From an uncultured Bacilli bacterium (lineage in GTDB: Bacteria; Bacillota_I; Bacilli_A; RF39; UBA660), in assembly GCA_947632205.1 (NCBI GenBank), contig CANROK010000003.1:1-47829 (forward strand): 47,829 nucleotides of DNA. Direction: 5' to 3'. The notes below the pieces were generated by a model. It made no database searches. It was given only the letters and a program-made list of their open reading frames with translations, and was not told the origin of the DNA. Positions within the stretch are counted from its first letter, which is position 1. Each line of letters starts with the position of its first letter. Positions 37,852-47,699 of this stretch are shown here, piece by piece. Position numbers and translations under genes: made by a program.

Positions 37852-40131
37852 TTAGCAATCACATTCTAAGCTATTTATTGTTTCAACCGGAACCCCTTCA
37901 AAATTTCTTCTACCACATCTTGGACATACATCATTAATGACACCAACATATCCACATACTGGATCTCTATCTACTGGGTGATTAACGGCTCCATAACCAA
38001 TATCATTATCATGCATGATACGAATTATTTTTTCAAATGCTTCTACATTATTAGCAGTATCACCATCTATTTCAATATAAGAAATATGACCAGCATTAGT
38101 AAGTTTATGATATTTTCCTTCAATTTCCATTTTATGTTGAATAGTTGTTTTATAATAAACTGGTACATGGAAGGAATTTGTATAATATTCTCTATCAGTT
38201 ACACCTTTAATTTTGCCATATATTGATCTATCAATACCAACAAATCTACCACTTAAGCCCTCAGCTGGTGTAGCAAGACAAGTAAAATTAAGTTTCATTT
38301 CTTCAGAATATTGATCACATTTTTCACGCATATGTGATACAATTTCTAATCCTAACTTTTGGGCTTTATCTGATTCACCATGATGTTCACCAATTAAAGC
38401 TTTTAAGCATTCAGCAAGACCAATAAAACCAATTGATAAAGTACCATGTTTTAATACTTTTCTAATTTTTTGACCTGGCTCTAATTTTTCTGAATCAAGC
38501 CATACATGAGAACCTAGTAAGAATTTAAAGTTTGCTACTGATTTACTACATTGAATATCAAATCTTTGCAGTAATTGACCTTTACATAAATCAAGTAATT
38601 CATCAAGTTCTTTGTAGAAGCCCTTCATATCCGGTTTTTCTCTCGTTCCATCTACTATACCATGTTTAATTCCTAATCTTGGTAAATTAATTGTTGTAAA
38701 TGATAAATTACCTCTTCCTGGTGTAATTTGTTTCTCTGGATCAACAACATTACCAATTACTCTTGTTCTACATCCCATATAAGCTACTTCTGTTTTAGGA
38801 TCCATACCCTTTAAATATGGCTTATTAAATGATGAATCCATAAATGAGAAGTTAGGAAACATTCTTTTGGCTGATACTTTACATGCAAGTTTAAATAAAT
38901 CATAGTTTGGATCACCAACATTATAACTAACACCTTCTCTTAACTTAAAGATGGAAATTGGGAAAATAGGTGTTTCGCCATGACCAAGACCAGCATCAGT
39001 TGCAAGTAAGAAGTTTTTGATAACCATTCTACCTTCTGGAGATGTATCAGTACCAAAGTTTACTGATGAAAAAGGTACTTGAGCTCCGGCTCTACTATGC
39101 ATAGTATTTAAGTTATGAATAAATGCTTCCATAGCTTGATAAGTAATTCTATCAGTTTTAGCCATGGCTTTATCATAACCTTTTTGAATTATTTCTTCTA
39201 ATCTATCACTTGTAATAAATTCTTTAAACATTTCTTTAGGATCAAATTCAATAGTATCTATTTTGTTAATAACTTCAACTATTTTATCAAAATCAACTTC
39301 GCCTAAAAAACCATCTAAATCAAGAAAATCATAGAAAGTTTGTTTTAATTGTTTTCTAAATGTTTTTTTAACGCCTGGAGCCATATAGTAATCAAACATT
39401 GGAATACTTTGACCACCATGTTGATCATTTTGATTGGCTTGAATACAAATAGCTGCTAAAGCTGTATAACTCATAATATCATTTGGCGTTCTTAAATGAC
39501 CATGTCCTGTTGAAAAACCATTTTTAAATAATTTTTCTAAATCAATTTGATTGCAAGTTGTAGTACCCATAGCCAGAAAATCTAAATCGTGAATATGAAT
39601 ATCACCTTCATCATGGGCTCTAGCGTACTTAGCATCCATTAAATAAGCTTTACCAAATTCTTTAGAAACAGTTGCTCCAAAATGAAGCATTGTTCCCATT
39701 GGACCATCACCATCAATGTTAGCGTTTTCTCTTTTAGCATTTTCTTCTTTAGAACTTTTTAGTCCTAATGATTCAATGGCTTTAACAAATTTGTGTTGGG
39801 GTTTACTAAGACCAACAAATGCCTCACGCGATGCTGCTCTTCTTTCCCGATATTCTGAAAAAGATTTATAAACACTTTCGTCTGTTTTTTGAAGCTCTTT
39901 TTCAATAATATCTTGAATTTCCTCAATCCCAATTGTCTTTCTATCTTGATATTCTTTCTCTATTATTTTTATAACTTTTTCTAATATTTTGTTAACAATT
40001 TTTTCATCATAATCTTCGTAAACACTATCAAAGCCCTTTTTAATAGCAATCGCTATTTTTGTGCGGTTAAAAGGGACTCTTTGGCCACTTCTTTTAACTA
40101 CAATTAAATCACTAATTACATCTTCTTTCAT
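37852..40131 (-). CDS. nrdD: Anaerobic ribonucleoside-triphosphate reductase core, lacking the glycyl-radical loop
   Basis: ATP cone VVKRSG, IHIHDLD, YMGCRT, GRGNLSFTTINLPR, TPAEGL, YYTNSFH and GHISY. Ends after DPVC...CPRC with no RxxGY. Confidence 0.96.
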   Translation of the reverse strand: MKEDVISDLIVVKRSGQRVPFNRTKIAIAIKKGFDSVYEDYDEKIVNKILEKVIKIIEKEYQDRKTIGIEEIQDIIEKELQKTDESVYKSFSEYRERRAASREAFVGLSKPQHKFVKAIESLGLKSSKEENAKRENANIDGDGPMGTMLHFGATVSKEFGKAYLMDAKYARAHDEGDIHIHDLDFLAMGTTTCNQIDLEKLFKNGFSTGHGHLRTPNDIMSYTALAAICIQANQNDQHGGQSIPMFDYYMAPGVKKTFRKQLKQTFYDFLDLDGFLGEVDFDKIVEVINKIDTIEFDPKEMFKEFITSDRLEEIIQKGYDKAMAKTDRITYQAMEAFIHNLNTMHSRAGAQVPFSSVNFGTDTSPEGRMVIKNFLLATDAGLGHGETPIFPISIFKLREGVSYNVGDPNYDLFKLACKVSAKRMFPNFSFMDSSFNKPYLKGMDPKTEVAYMGCRTRVIGNVVDPEKQITPGRGNLSFTTINLPRLGIKHGIVDGTREKPDMKGFYKELDELLDLCKGQLLQRFDIQCSKSVANFKFLLGSHVWLDSEKLEPGQKIRKVLKHGTLSIGFIGLAECLKALIGEHHGESDKAQKLGLEIVSHMREKCDQYSEEMKLNFTCLATPAEGLSGRFVGIDRSIYGKIKGVTDREYYTNSFHVPVYYKTTIQHKMEIEGKYHKLTNAGHISYIEIDGDTANNVEAFEKIIRIMHDNDIGYGAVNHPVDRDPVCGYVGVINDVCPRCGRRNFEGVPVETINSLECDC

Positions 40132-40418
40132 ATTACCTCTCCATTACAATTTCATTATAGCAAATCTTTATTCTTAATCAATGTTTTTTTTCAAAAAAAA
40201 GTTAAAAATGTCAAGCAAACTATTTTCGCTTTTTTAAAATTTATTCTTCAAAAAACATTTTATGCAGTTTTCACCTATAGTTTTATTTTTTTTCTAATTT
40301 AAAAATTTTTTTGTTCGTTTTACAATTTAATTTTTGTCAAAATGAGTAAAAGATTTTTTACTATTTTTGATAATGATTTTAGTCAAAAAATGACAATAAA
40401 AAAGATTAGAGGAAAACT

Positions 40419-40889
40419 CTAATCATTTAAAATACTTTTAAGCATTTCTATAACTAAGGAAATTACTTTATTTTTATTATCTACTCTATTTACATATTCA
40501 CATGTATATACTTTATTATAGTAAGTATCTTTATCTTTATCATAAATACTAATATATACTTTATCCATCTCTGAAGTACTATTATGAGGATCTTTTCTAT
40601 TTAATTGACCAGTTACACCAATACCATAATTAGATGCTGAATACATGGCAATATTCTTACTCATTTCCTTTGCTACTTCCATACTATAAACAGTATACTT
40701 ATTTATAATATCTTCACTAACACCCATCTTTATTTTATATTCATTAGAATAAGTTACAGCACTAAACTTAAGTACTTCACTTGCCCCAGGAATATTAGTA
40801 ATGGCATTTACAATACCGCCACCAGTACATGATTCCATAGTACTAATAGTTTTATTTAATTTAGTTAATATAGAAACTATTTCTTCCAT
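40419..40889 (-). CDS. cinA: CinA C-terminal domain protein (PncC-like nicotinamide-nucleotide amidase)
   Basis: ESCTGG, IPGAS, VTYSNEYK and GIGVTG. Confidence 0.88.
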   Translation of the reverse strand: MEEIVSILTKLNKTISTMESCTGGGIVNAITNIPGASEVLKFSAVTYSNEYKIKMGVSEDIINKYTVYSMEVAKEMSKNIAMYSASNYGIGVTGQLNRKDPHNSTSEMDKVYISIYDKDKDTYYNKVYTCEYVNRVDNKNKVISLVIEMLKSILND

Positions 40890-40893
40890 TATA

Positions 40894-43800
40894 TCACTCC
40901 TTATTTATTAATTTTAATTTATTATCTAAAATACTATATAAGTATAACTCAATATTTTCTTTTTGATAATATTTTCTTACATAATCATAATAAATATTTA
41001 GTTGTTTCTCGTATTCTTTATCTTCTATATTTTTTAATTTATAATCTACTATTTTAACCATATCATTGTTTATAACAATTAAATCAATCAAACCATGATA
41101 TTTTATATTATCTTTATTGTATATAAATTCATGTTCTTTATATATTTTACTATCTTTAGTAATATTTAAAGTATTTACTAAATTAGTAATTTTATCATAG
41201 TATGGATTATCCTCTTTAATATTTAAAAAATCTAATTCTTCAAAAGCTTCATGGACTTTTGTACCATATTCCATTTTTTTACTTTCTTCTTCACTAATTA
41301 ACTCAATTACTTTTTTCGAAGCATGATCATTTTTAACTATATTATTTTCAATATTAATATTTTGATAAGTAATTAAACTATTATCAGTTATTTTTTTATC
41401 TTTTATAACTTTATTATCTAAATAATCTTTCGTAATTTTAATATCATCTATATTAATATCTTTAATATATTCTTTTAAATTATTTTGAATAGATATTAAG
41501 AAACTTAAGAAAGAATTATATTTTTCTCTAATATCATTACTTACTAATTCATTGATTTCTTTTTCTTCTTTTTTAAGCGGAGCTACTATAATTATCTTTT
41601 CTTTAGCCCTTGTAAGAGCAACATAAAATAATCTTATTCTTTCACTTATATCATTTAATATATAATCTTTCTTATATAAATCTTTTAATATAGTATAACC
41701 AATACCTTCTTTATAATAAGGAATAATCATTTTATATCTACTAGAATAAACAAATTTATCTTTAATATCTTCTTTATTAAATGTTTTATATAGACCACTA
41801 AAATAACAAACAGGAAACTCTAAACCTTTAGATTTATGAATATTCATTATTTTAACGGCATTACCATTCATCCCATTAACACTATATTTTATTTCATCTT
41901 TACTATTAATAATTGATACTAAATGATTATTAAAATCTTCTAGAGTATAGCCAAAATCACTTAAATTAGAAGCTAAATCTAATAAGTTATCTAATCTAAT
42001 TAAAGCATCTTCAACATTACCAATAAGTATTATTTTATTATAATAATCAAATTCTTTAATTATAAGTTGTAATATTTCATAAATATTTAATTTCTTAATT
42101 TCTTTTACGATATTTAAACATTTATGGTATATTTCTGTTTCATAATAATTTTTATTCTTAACAATATTAAAAATTGTATTATCATCATAACTAAAAAGAT
42201 AAGAACGAGCTACACTTACAAAGTCATATTTAAAAGTATCATCATATTCTTTTTTGGCTATTTTTAAGATTAACTCAATTAAATTATTTAATACTAAAAT
42301 ATCTATTTCACTAGTAAGAGTTCTATCCATATATAAATTAAGAGGAATACCTAAATATTCAAATACTTTTTTATAAGTTTTAAAAGATGAACCTCTATCC
42401 ATGATTATACAGTAATCACTAAATAAAGATGGTCTTAAACATTTCTTCTTTTTATCAACAACTTCATACTTATTATTTATCTTATTTAAAATATCTCTCC
42501 CAATAATAAAACTTTCTATTTCTTCGTTATTAAAATCCCTATTATTATTTTCATAATTTAATATTTCTAATTTATAATCATCCATTCCATTTTTAAGTTC
42601 ATATAGATTATTACCAAAATTCATTTGATGAGCATTTTTATAATCACAACCACCTAGATAATCATCCATAATATAAGAAAAGATTAAATTAATACCAGCA
42701 AGTACTTCTTTCCTTGATCTAAAATTTTTTAATAAATCGATTTTAATACCACCCTTATTTAAATTATAATTATCATATTTTTCTTTAAATATATTCGGAT
42801 TAGCATTACGAAAACCATAAATAGATTGTTTAATATCACCAACCATATAAACATTATTATTTTGAATTAATTTAACAAATTCTTCTTGAATATTATTAGT
42901 ATCTTGATATTCATCTATCATTATCTCTTTATAGTAATTTTTAATTTCTAATCTTATATCTTCATTATCTTTAAGTAATTTAATAGCCATTTTCGATATA
43001 TCACTAAATTCATATAGATCATTATTAAATTTATATTCATCTAACACTTCATAAAATTTCTTAATTATATCTATAATTACTACTAAATAATTTTTAATTA
43101 TAGCAAATGTTTCTTTTATTTCTTCAATATTATTAAATCTTAAATAATCTTCTAATTCTTTTACTAATTTATCAATATTCTCTTTTACATCTTTAATTTC
43201 ATCGCTACCCCTCGGTCTTCTTGGTACATTTAATAAATTATAATATTTATAAATATCATCATATGTTTTAGCACAAATTAAATCATTAAATGACTTAACT
43301 AAAACATCATAATATTCGGGATAGGAAGATGATGATATTAAGATAATATTACTTTCAATATTATTAATTATTTCATATATCATTTTTAAATAATCTTCTA
43401 TATAATTATCAATTTTCTCTTGATTCAAATATCTATCTAAATAATTATTTAAAAAATCATCTCTATCTATTTCATTATCAATATTATTTATAAAATCTAA
43501 AATGGCCTCTTTAATTGCTTTATCATTCTTAATACAAAAATCTTTAATTAAATTTAGAAATAAAGGATCTTCACTTACATAATAATCATCAAAAATATTA
43601 TTTAATATTTCTTCTTTTTTAATTCTAATTAAACTATCATCAACAATACTTAAATTATTAGAAACATTTAATTTATAATTATATTTTTTTACTAAAGATA
43701 AAGTATAAGAATCAAAGGTGGTAATATAAGATGTTTCTAAATAATCAATATTATCTTTTAAATTATCATACTTACTTATTTCTTCTCTTATACGGTCTTG

Positions 43801-43989
43801 CATTTCTTTGGCGGCAGCATTTGTAAATGTTAAAATAAGTAATTCATTTATTTTAATACCTTGTTTTAACTTAGTTATTACTCTTTCACTTAGGACAGCT
43901 GTTTTACCAGAACCAGCACCAGCAGATACAATAATATTACTACCACTTTTATTAATGGCTTCATTCTGTTCTTTAGTCCAATCCGGCAT
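40894..43989 (-). CDS. addA: ATP-dependent helicase/nuclease subunit A
   Basis: SAGAGSGKT, TFTNAAA, DEYQD, GDIKQSIYGFR, HKSKGLEF, YVALTRA and nuclease GLID...VDYK. ATG at 43989 behind AAGGTGA. Confidence 0.93.
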   Translation of the reverse strand: MPDWTKEQNEAINKSGSNIIVSAGAGSGKTAVLSERVITKLKQGIKINELLILTFTNAAAKEMQDRIREEISKYDNLKDNIDYLETSYITTFDSYTLSLVKKYNYKLNVSNNLSIVDDSLIRIKKEEILNNIFDDYYVSEDPLFLNLIKDFCIKNDKAIKEAILDFINNIDNEIDRDDFLNNYLDRYLNQEKIDNYIEDYLKMIYEIINNIESNIILISSSSYPEYYDVLVKSFNDLICAKTYDDIYKYYNLLNVPRRPRGSDEIKDVKENIDKLVKELEDYLRFNNIEEIKETFAIIKNYLVVIIDIIKKFYEVLDEYKFNNDLYEFSDISKMAIKLLKDNEDIRLEIKNYYKEIMIDEYQDTNNIQEEFVKLIQNNNVYMVGDIKQSIYGFRNANPNIFKEKYDNYNLNKGGIKIDLLKNFRSRKEVLAGINLIFSYIMDDYLGGCDYKNAHQMNFGNNLYELKNGMDDYKLEILNYENNNRDFNNEEIESFIIGRDILNKINNKYEVVDKKKKCLRPSLFSDYCIIMDRGSSFKTYKKVFEYLGIPLNLYMDRTLTSEIDILVLNNLIELILKIAKKEYDDTFKYDFVSVARSYLFSYDDNTIFNIVKNKNYYETEIYHKCLNIVKEIKKLNIYEILQLIIKEFDYYNKIILIGNVEDALIRLDNLLDLASNLSDFGYTLEDFNNHLVSIINSKDEIKYSVNGMNGNAVKIMNIHKSKGLEFPVCYFSGLYKTFNKEDIKDKFVYSSRYKMIIPYYKEGIGYTILKDLYKKDYILNDISERIRLFYVALTRAKEKIIIVAPLKKEEKEINELVSNDIREKYNSFLSFLISIQNNLKEYIKDINIDDIKITKDYLDNKVIKDKKITDNSLITYQNINIENNIVKNDHASKKVIELISEEESKKMEYGTKVHEAFEELDFLNIKEDNPYYDKITNLVNTLNITKDSKIYKEHEFIYNKDNIKYHGLIDLIVINNDMVKIVDYKLKNIEDKEYEKQLNIYYDYVRKYYQKENIELYLYSILDNKLKLINKE

Positions 43990-46333
43990 CTTTTTCACCT
44001 TCAATCTCTTTTAAGATAACATAATCTTTTTCTTTTTTAAAACAAATATCTTGAAACTTACAATACTTACAACCAACATCATTTTTATATCCAATTTTTT
44101 TCGGATTTATATTAAAATTAACATCTAAAATATTATTAATGGCATCTTCAATTTTGGTATCTACAATATTTATTAAATTATCCATTTCTTCATTACTTAA
44201 TACTTTACTATTCTTATAAAATTCTCCATTATTTTTACATTTTAAACCTTTAATTAGATTACTATTTTGATAATTACTATCTAAATACTCTAAGATGTTT
44301 TCATCGCTATTTGAGTATCCTTCTAATTTTAATCTTTCTTTTAATTCATCTTCATAACTCTTATCACTTTTATTAATATTTTTATCTAAAATAAATTGTA
44401 AGTAAAAACCAGCAAAAGTAGGATTTTTAAATAAAGTACTATTTTTAACTAAATATAAATAAATAGGTAATTGTAAATTAAAACCATATTCACTATATTT
44501 TAAATCTATATCTTCTTTACCACTTTTATAATCTACTAAAGATATAATAGTTTTATTTTCTAATTCTTTATATAAAATTTTATCAATAAACCCAACAAAT
44601 TTAATATCGATATCTCTCGATTTATCAACTTGAATATATTGTTCTTTCAAAATTTTATCTAAATTAATATTTATATTTTGTTCAGAAATTATCTTTAAAG
44701 TATTTTTAATATCTTCTTTCATTAATTTAACAAAGTATTCTTCTTTTTTAGATAAAACTCTACCACTAGTTTGAATATAATTTTCAATAACCTCATCACT
44801 ATCTAAATTAGAACCAACACACTTAGATAAACAATCATGCAATAAAGAACCAATAAATGATTCGAATAAATCCATTTCTTTTTGTAGTTTTAAAACATTA
44901 CTTAAATAATAACGAAAAGCACATTTATTATAATTATTTATTTGACCATAAGATAAAGATAATCTATTATTTATATATTCTTTAAATGCCTCTTTATCTA
45001 TTTTTGTATATTCATTATTAAAAGAATTATAAGAAATATCTTTAAAACTATTCATTAAAATATTATATTCATCACTAATAATACCATATGTTTCATAATC
45101 ATAGATCATTTTAGCAAGTTTTAATTTATCATAATCGAAAGAATAATGAACTAATGATTCATTTTGATAATGTTCTTTAACTAAGTTTAATTCACTAACT
45201 AAAATAGATGGATAATAGATAGTTTTATTATCTTTTAACTTATAACTTATAACTAAATTTTTAATACTTTTTAATTTGTTAATCGTAGCATTCTTTATTT
45301 CTTTATTAATAACATGACAACTACTTAAATTTAGTTCTTCTTTAATATTATCGGTAAAATAATCTTCATCTTTTATAAATCTTGGAATACTACTAGTTGT
45401 AAAGTTCATTAAAAATATATAATCATCATCATTTACTAAAGCAAAAGTATCTATAATTTCTACATAATTTTGATATTGAAAATTATTAATTTTAGTATTT
45501 TTAAATTCTTGAATCATTATTGTTTTTAAAATATCTAAATCTTTTATATAATTAAATTTATTACAAAGATTAACTATTTTATTTACTATTTCTTCATTTT
45601 CATCTTTAATTAAATTAAGACTATACTCTATACCACGATATAAATTATTTAAAAAAGTTTTACCCATTATATTATTATATAAATTATTATTAGTAGGTAT
45701 ATTTATCGGTAGATGATATAAATTGCTTATTCTTCTTAAACTATTATAGTATTCTTTAGTTACATTCATTAACTTAATATGATTAATATCTATCTTGTTA
45801 TTTAATAACTCAATTATTTTTTCACACACAAAATTAATTTCTGAATCTATATTATTAAATTCATATACTTTACTTATATTATATTTTGGTGCATCTTTGA
45901 TAATTTTAGCATTTATTTCTTTAAATGTCTTTATTTCTAAATTATCAAGGTAAGGATAACCTAAAACAATAATTTGATAATTATTAATACTATCTTTAAA
46001 ATAAGAATTATATATTAAATAATTATTTTTAATTAAATCATCTTTTAATTCTTTTAAAAACTTTAATTTAGAACTTTGATATTCTTTATCATCGATATAA
46101 TAAAGTTTATTTAAATAATTTTCTAATATATCTATTTTTAAATGATATTTATTAAGTAAATAAGGCATACACTCTTTACTATAAGAATAATAATAGTTTT
46201 CCATAAAACTTTTTTTAGAATAAAATTTTATATCTTGAAAAAGATTATTTTCATTTAAATATTCTAATATTTTATTCTTATAGTTTTCTTCACAAATAAT
46301 AATTGTTTTATCTTGAATAAACTTCAAATTCAT
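43973..46333 (-). CDS. addB: AddB-like PD-(D/E)xK nuclease subunit
   Basis: Four Fe-S cysteines (KCAFRYY ... CKYCKFQDIC), GFIDKI, VDYKSG and LQLPIY. Overlaps addA. Confidence 0.87.
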   Translation of the reverse strand: MNLKFIQDKTIIICEENYKNKILEYLNENNLFQDIKFYSKKSFMENYYYSYSKECMPYLLNKYHLKIDILENYLNKLYYIDDKEYQSSKLKFLKELKDDLIKNNYLIYNSYFKDSINNYQIIVLGYPYLDNLEIKTFKEINAKIIKDAPKYNISKVYEFNNIDSEINFVCEKIIELLNNKIDINHIKLMNVTKEYYNSLRRISNLYHLPINIPTNNNLYNNIMGKTFLNNLYRGIEYSLNLIKDENEEIVNKIVNLCNKFNYIKDLDILKTIMIQEFKNTKINNFQYQNYVEIIDTFALVNDDDYIFLMNFTTSSIPRFIKDEDYFTDNIKEELNLSSCHVINKEIKNATINKLKSIKNLVISYKLKDNKTIYYPSILVSELNLVKEHYQNESLVHYSFDYDKLKLAKMIYDYETYGIISDEYNILMNSFKDISYNSFNNEYTKIDKEAFKEYINNRLSLSYGQINNYNKCAFRYYLSNVLKLQKEMDLFESFIGSLLHDCLSKCVGSNLDSDEVIENYIQTSGRVLSKKEEYFVKLMKEDIKNTLKIISEQNININLDKILKEQYIQVDKSRDIDIKFVGFIDKILYKELENKTIISLVDYKSGKEDIDLKYSEYGFNLQLPIYLYLVKNSTLFKNPTFAGFYLQFILDKNINKSDKSYEDELKERLKLEGYSNSDENILEYLDSNYQNSNLIKGLKCKNNGEFYKNSKVLSNEEMDNLINIVDTKIEDAINNILDVNFNINPKKIGYKNDVGCKYCKFQDICFKKEKDYVILKEIEGEKDAGLD

Positions 46334-46335
46334 AA

Positions 46336-47316
46336 TTACTCCATTATACTTTTTTGATAATCTTTAATTAAATTTAATAATTCTTCTTTAGTTTTAGCAC
46401 TACAAATATTATTTTTAATATTTTTGGTATTAGGAAGTCCTTTAAAGAAATACATTAAATGAGTTCGGAGCTCTAATACTCCTAATTTCTCCCCTTTTTC
46501 TTTAATTAATTCTTCAATAATATATTTAATCATATCAATTTTTTCTTTATTAGATACTTCTTTAGGAATTTCACCATTATCTAAATAATTAACACATTCT
46601 TTAATTAGCCAAGGATTACCTAAGAATCCTCTTCCAATCATAACCGCAGTACATCCTGTATAATCTAACATTTTTTTAGCATCATAACAAGATTTAATAT
46701 CGCCATTACCAATAACAGGAATTTTAACCGCCTTAACAACATCTTTAATAACATCTAAAGAAGAAGTATTACTATATCCATCACTTCTCGTTCTACCATG
46801 AACAAAGATAGCACTTGCTCCCGCTTCTTCACATATTTTAGCTATTCTTGGAGCATTAATATTATTATGATCCCAGCCAGCTCTTATTTTAACAGTCACC
46901 GGAACAGAAACAGCTGAGGTAACACTTTTTACAATGGCTCTTACTTTTTCTTCATCTTTAAGTAAACTACTACCAGCATTATTTTTAATGGCTACTTTAG
47001 GAACAGGACAACCCATATTAATATCGATAATATCAGGATGCATATATCTTTCAATTATTTTAGCAGATGCTCCCATAGTTTCTGGATCACTACCAAATAT
47101 TTGTTGCGAAATAGGTCTTTCTTTATCATCCATTTTTAATAAATCATATGTTTTTTTAGATTCATACACTAAAGCTTTATCAGATACCATTTCTCCCACG
47201 ACTAAACCTGCTCCCATATCTTTGGCAAGCATTCTAAATGTTTTGTTAGTAACACCAGCCATGGGCGCTAAAACTACTTGATTTTTTATTTTGACATTAC
47301 CTATATTCCATTCCAT
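46336..47316 (-). CDS. dusB: tRNA-dihydrouridine synthase B
   Basis: LAPMAG, DINMGCP, TVKIR, VHGRT, GNGD and MIGRG. Confidence 0.95.
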   Translation of the reverse strand: MEWNIGNVKIKNQVVLAPMAGVTNKTFRMLAKDMGAGLVVGEMVSDKALVYESKKTYDLLKMDDKERPISQQIFGSDPETMGASAKIIERYMHPDIIDINMGCPVPKVAIKNNAGSSLLKDEEKVRAIVKSVTSAVSVPVTVKIRAGWDHNNINAPRIAKICEEAGASAIFVHGRTRSDGYSNTSSLDVIKDVVKAVKIPVIGNGDIKSCYDAKKMLDYTGCTAVMIGRGFLGNPWLIKECVNYLDNGEIPKEVSNKEKIDMIKYIIEELIKEKGEKLGVLELRTHLMYFFKGLPNTKNIKNNICSAKTKEELLNLIKDYQKSIME

Positions 47317-47395
47317 AAATTCACCTGTTTAATCAATTAAAATTATACTATTTTATATTGTTTAAAACAAGTAAATCTCAAATATAAAATTTGCA

Positions 47396-47424
47396 TTGCT
47401 ATTTTTCTAAAACTTGGGTATAAT
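47396..47424 (+). promoter_or_regulatory. SigA promoter of the antisense RNA
   Basis: TTGCTA-N17-TATAAT. Confidence 0.7.
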
Positions 47425-47430
47425 TAATTT

Positions 47431-47509
47431 AGGAAGCGTGAATTTCACGCCGCCTATTTCTGTGCGACGCTATTAAAGTATTATTTCTAATATTTTAACG
47501 GCGTCTTTT
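47431..47509 (+). ncRNA. Candidate type I antitoxin RNA (about 80 nt)
   Basis: Follows a SigA promoter; 5' hairpin GCGTGAA/TTCACGC; 3' terminator GACGCTATTAAAGTATTA-TTTC-TAATATTTTAACGGCGTC-TTTT. Antisense to the 3' end of a small hydrophobic ORF. Confidence 0.65.
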
Positions 47510-47577
47510 AAAATTATTATAATTAATAATAGTAAAATAATTACTAACAAAAACTTATTTAAGGTTGTTGCTTTCAT
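47473..47577 (-). CDS. Candidate type I toxin, 34-aa hydrophobic peptide
   Basis: MKATTLNKFLLVIILLLLIIIILKDAVKILEIIL behind RBS GAGGTGGTG; below the ORF-track cut-off. Confidence 0.7.
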   Translation of the reverse strand: MKATTLNKFLLVIILLLLIIIILKDAVKILEIIL

Positions 47578-47664
47578 CTTACTTCACCACCTCTCACTTG
47601 GTATTACCCCCCTGAGAAAATGATTCGGCGGCGCCTATTCAACACTTCAAGTTTTTATTAAACA

Positions 47665-47699
47665 GCAAAAGATACCACTTGTAAAGAGGTATCTTTTGT
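47665..47699. terminator. Terminator-like hairpin upstream of the candidate TA locus
   Basis: CAAAAGATACC-N11-GGTATCTTTTG inverted repeat. Confidence 0.6.

Noticed and set aside
37823-37862. nrdD split as a sequencing frameshift or pseudogene
   Set aside because: The downstream ORF has its own well-spaced AGGAGG and ATG, and nrdG is intact. Disfavoured, but only reads can exclude it.
40132-40418. NrdR boxes upstream of nrdD
   Set aside because: No convincing match to acaCwAtATaTwGtgt; only a TTGATT-N16-TATAAT promoter candidate was seen.
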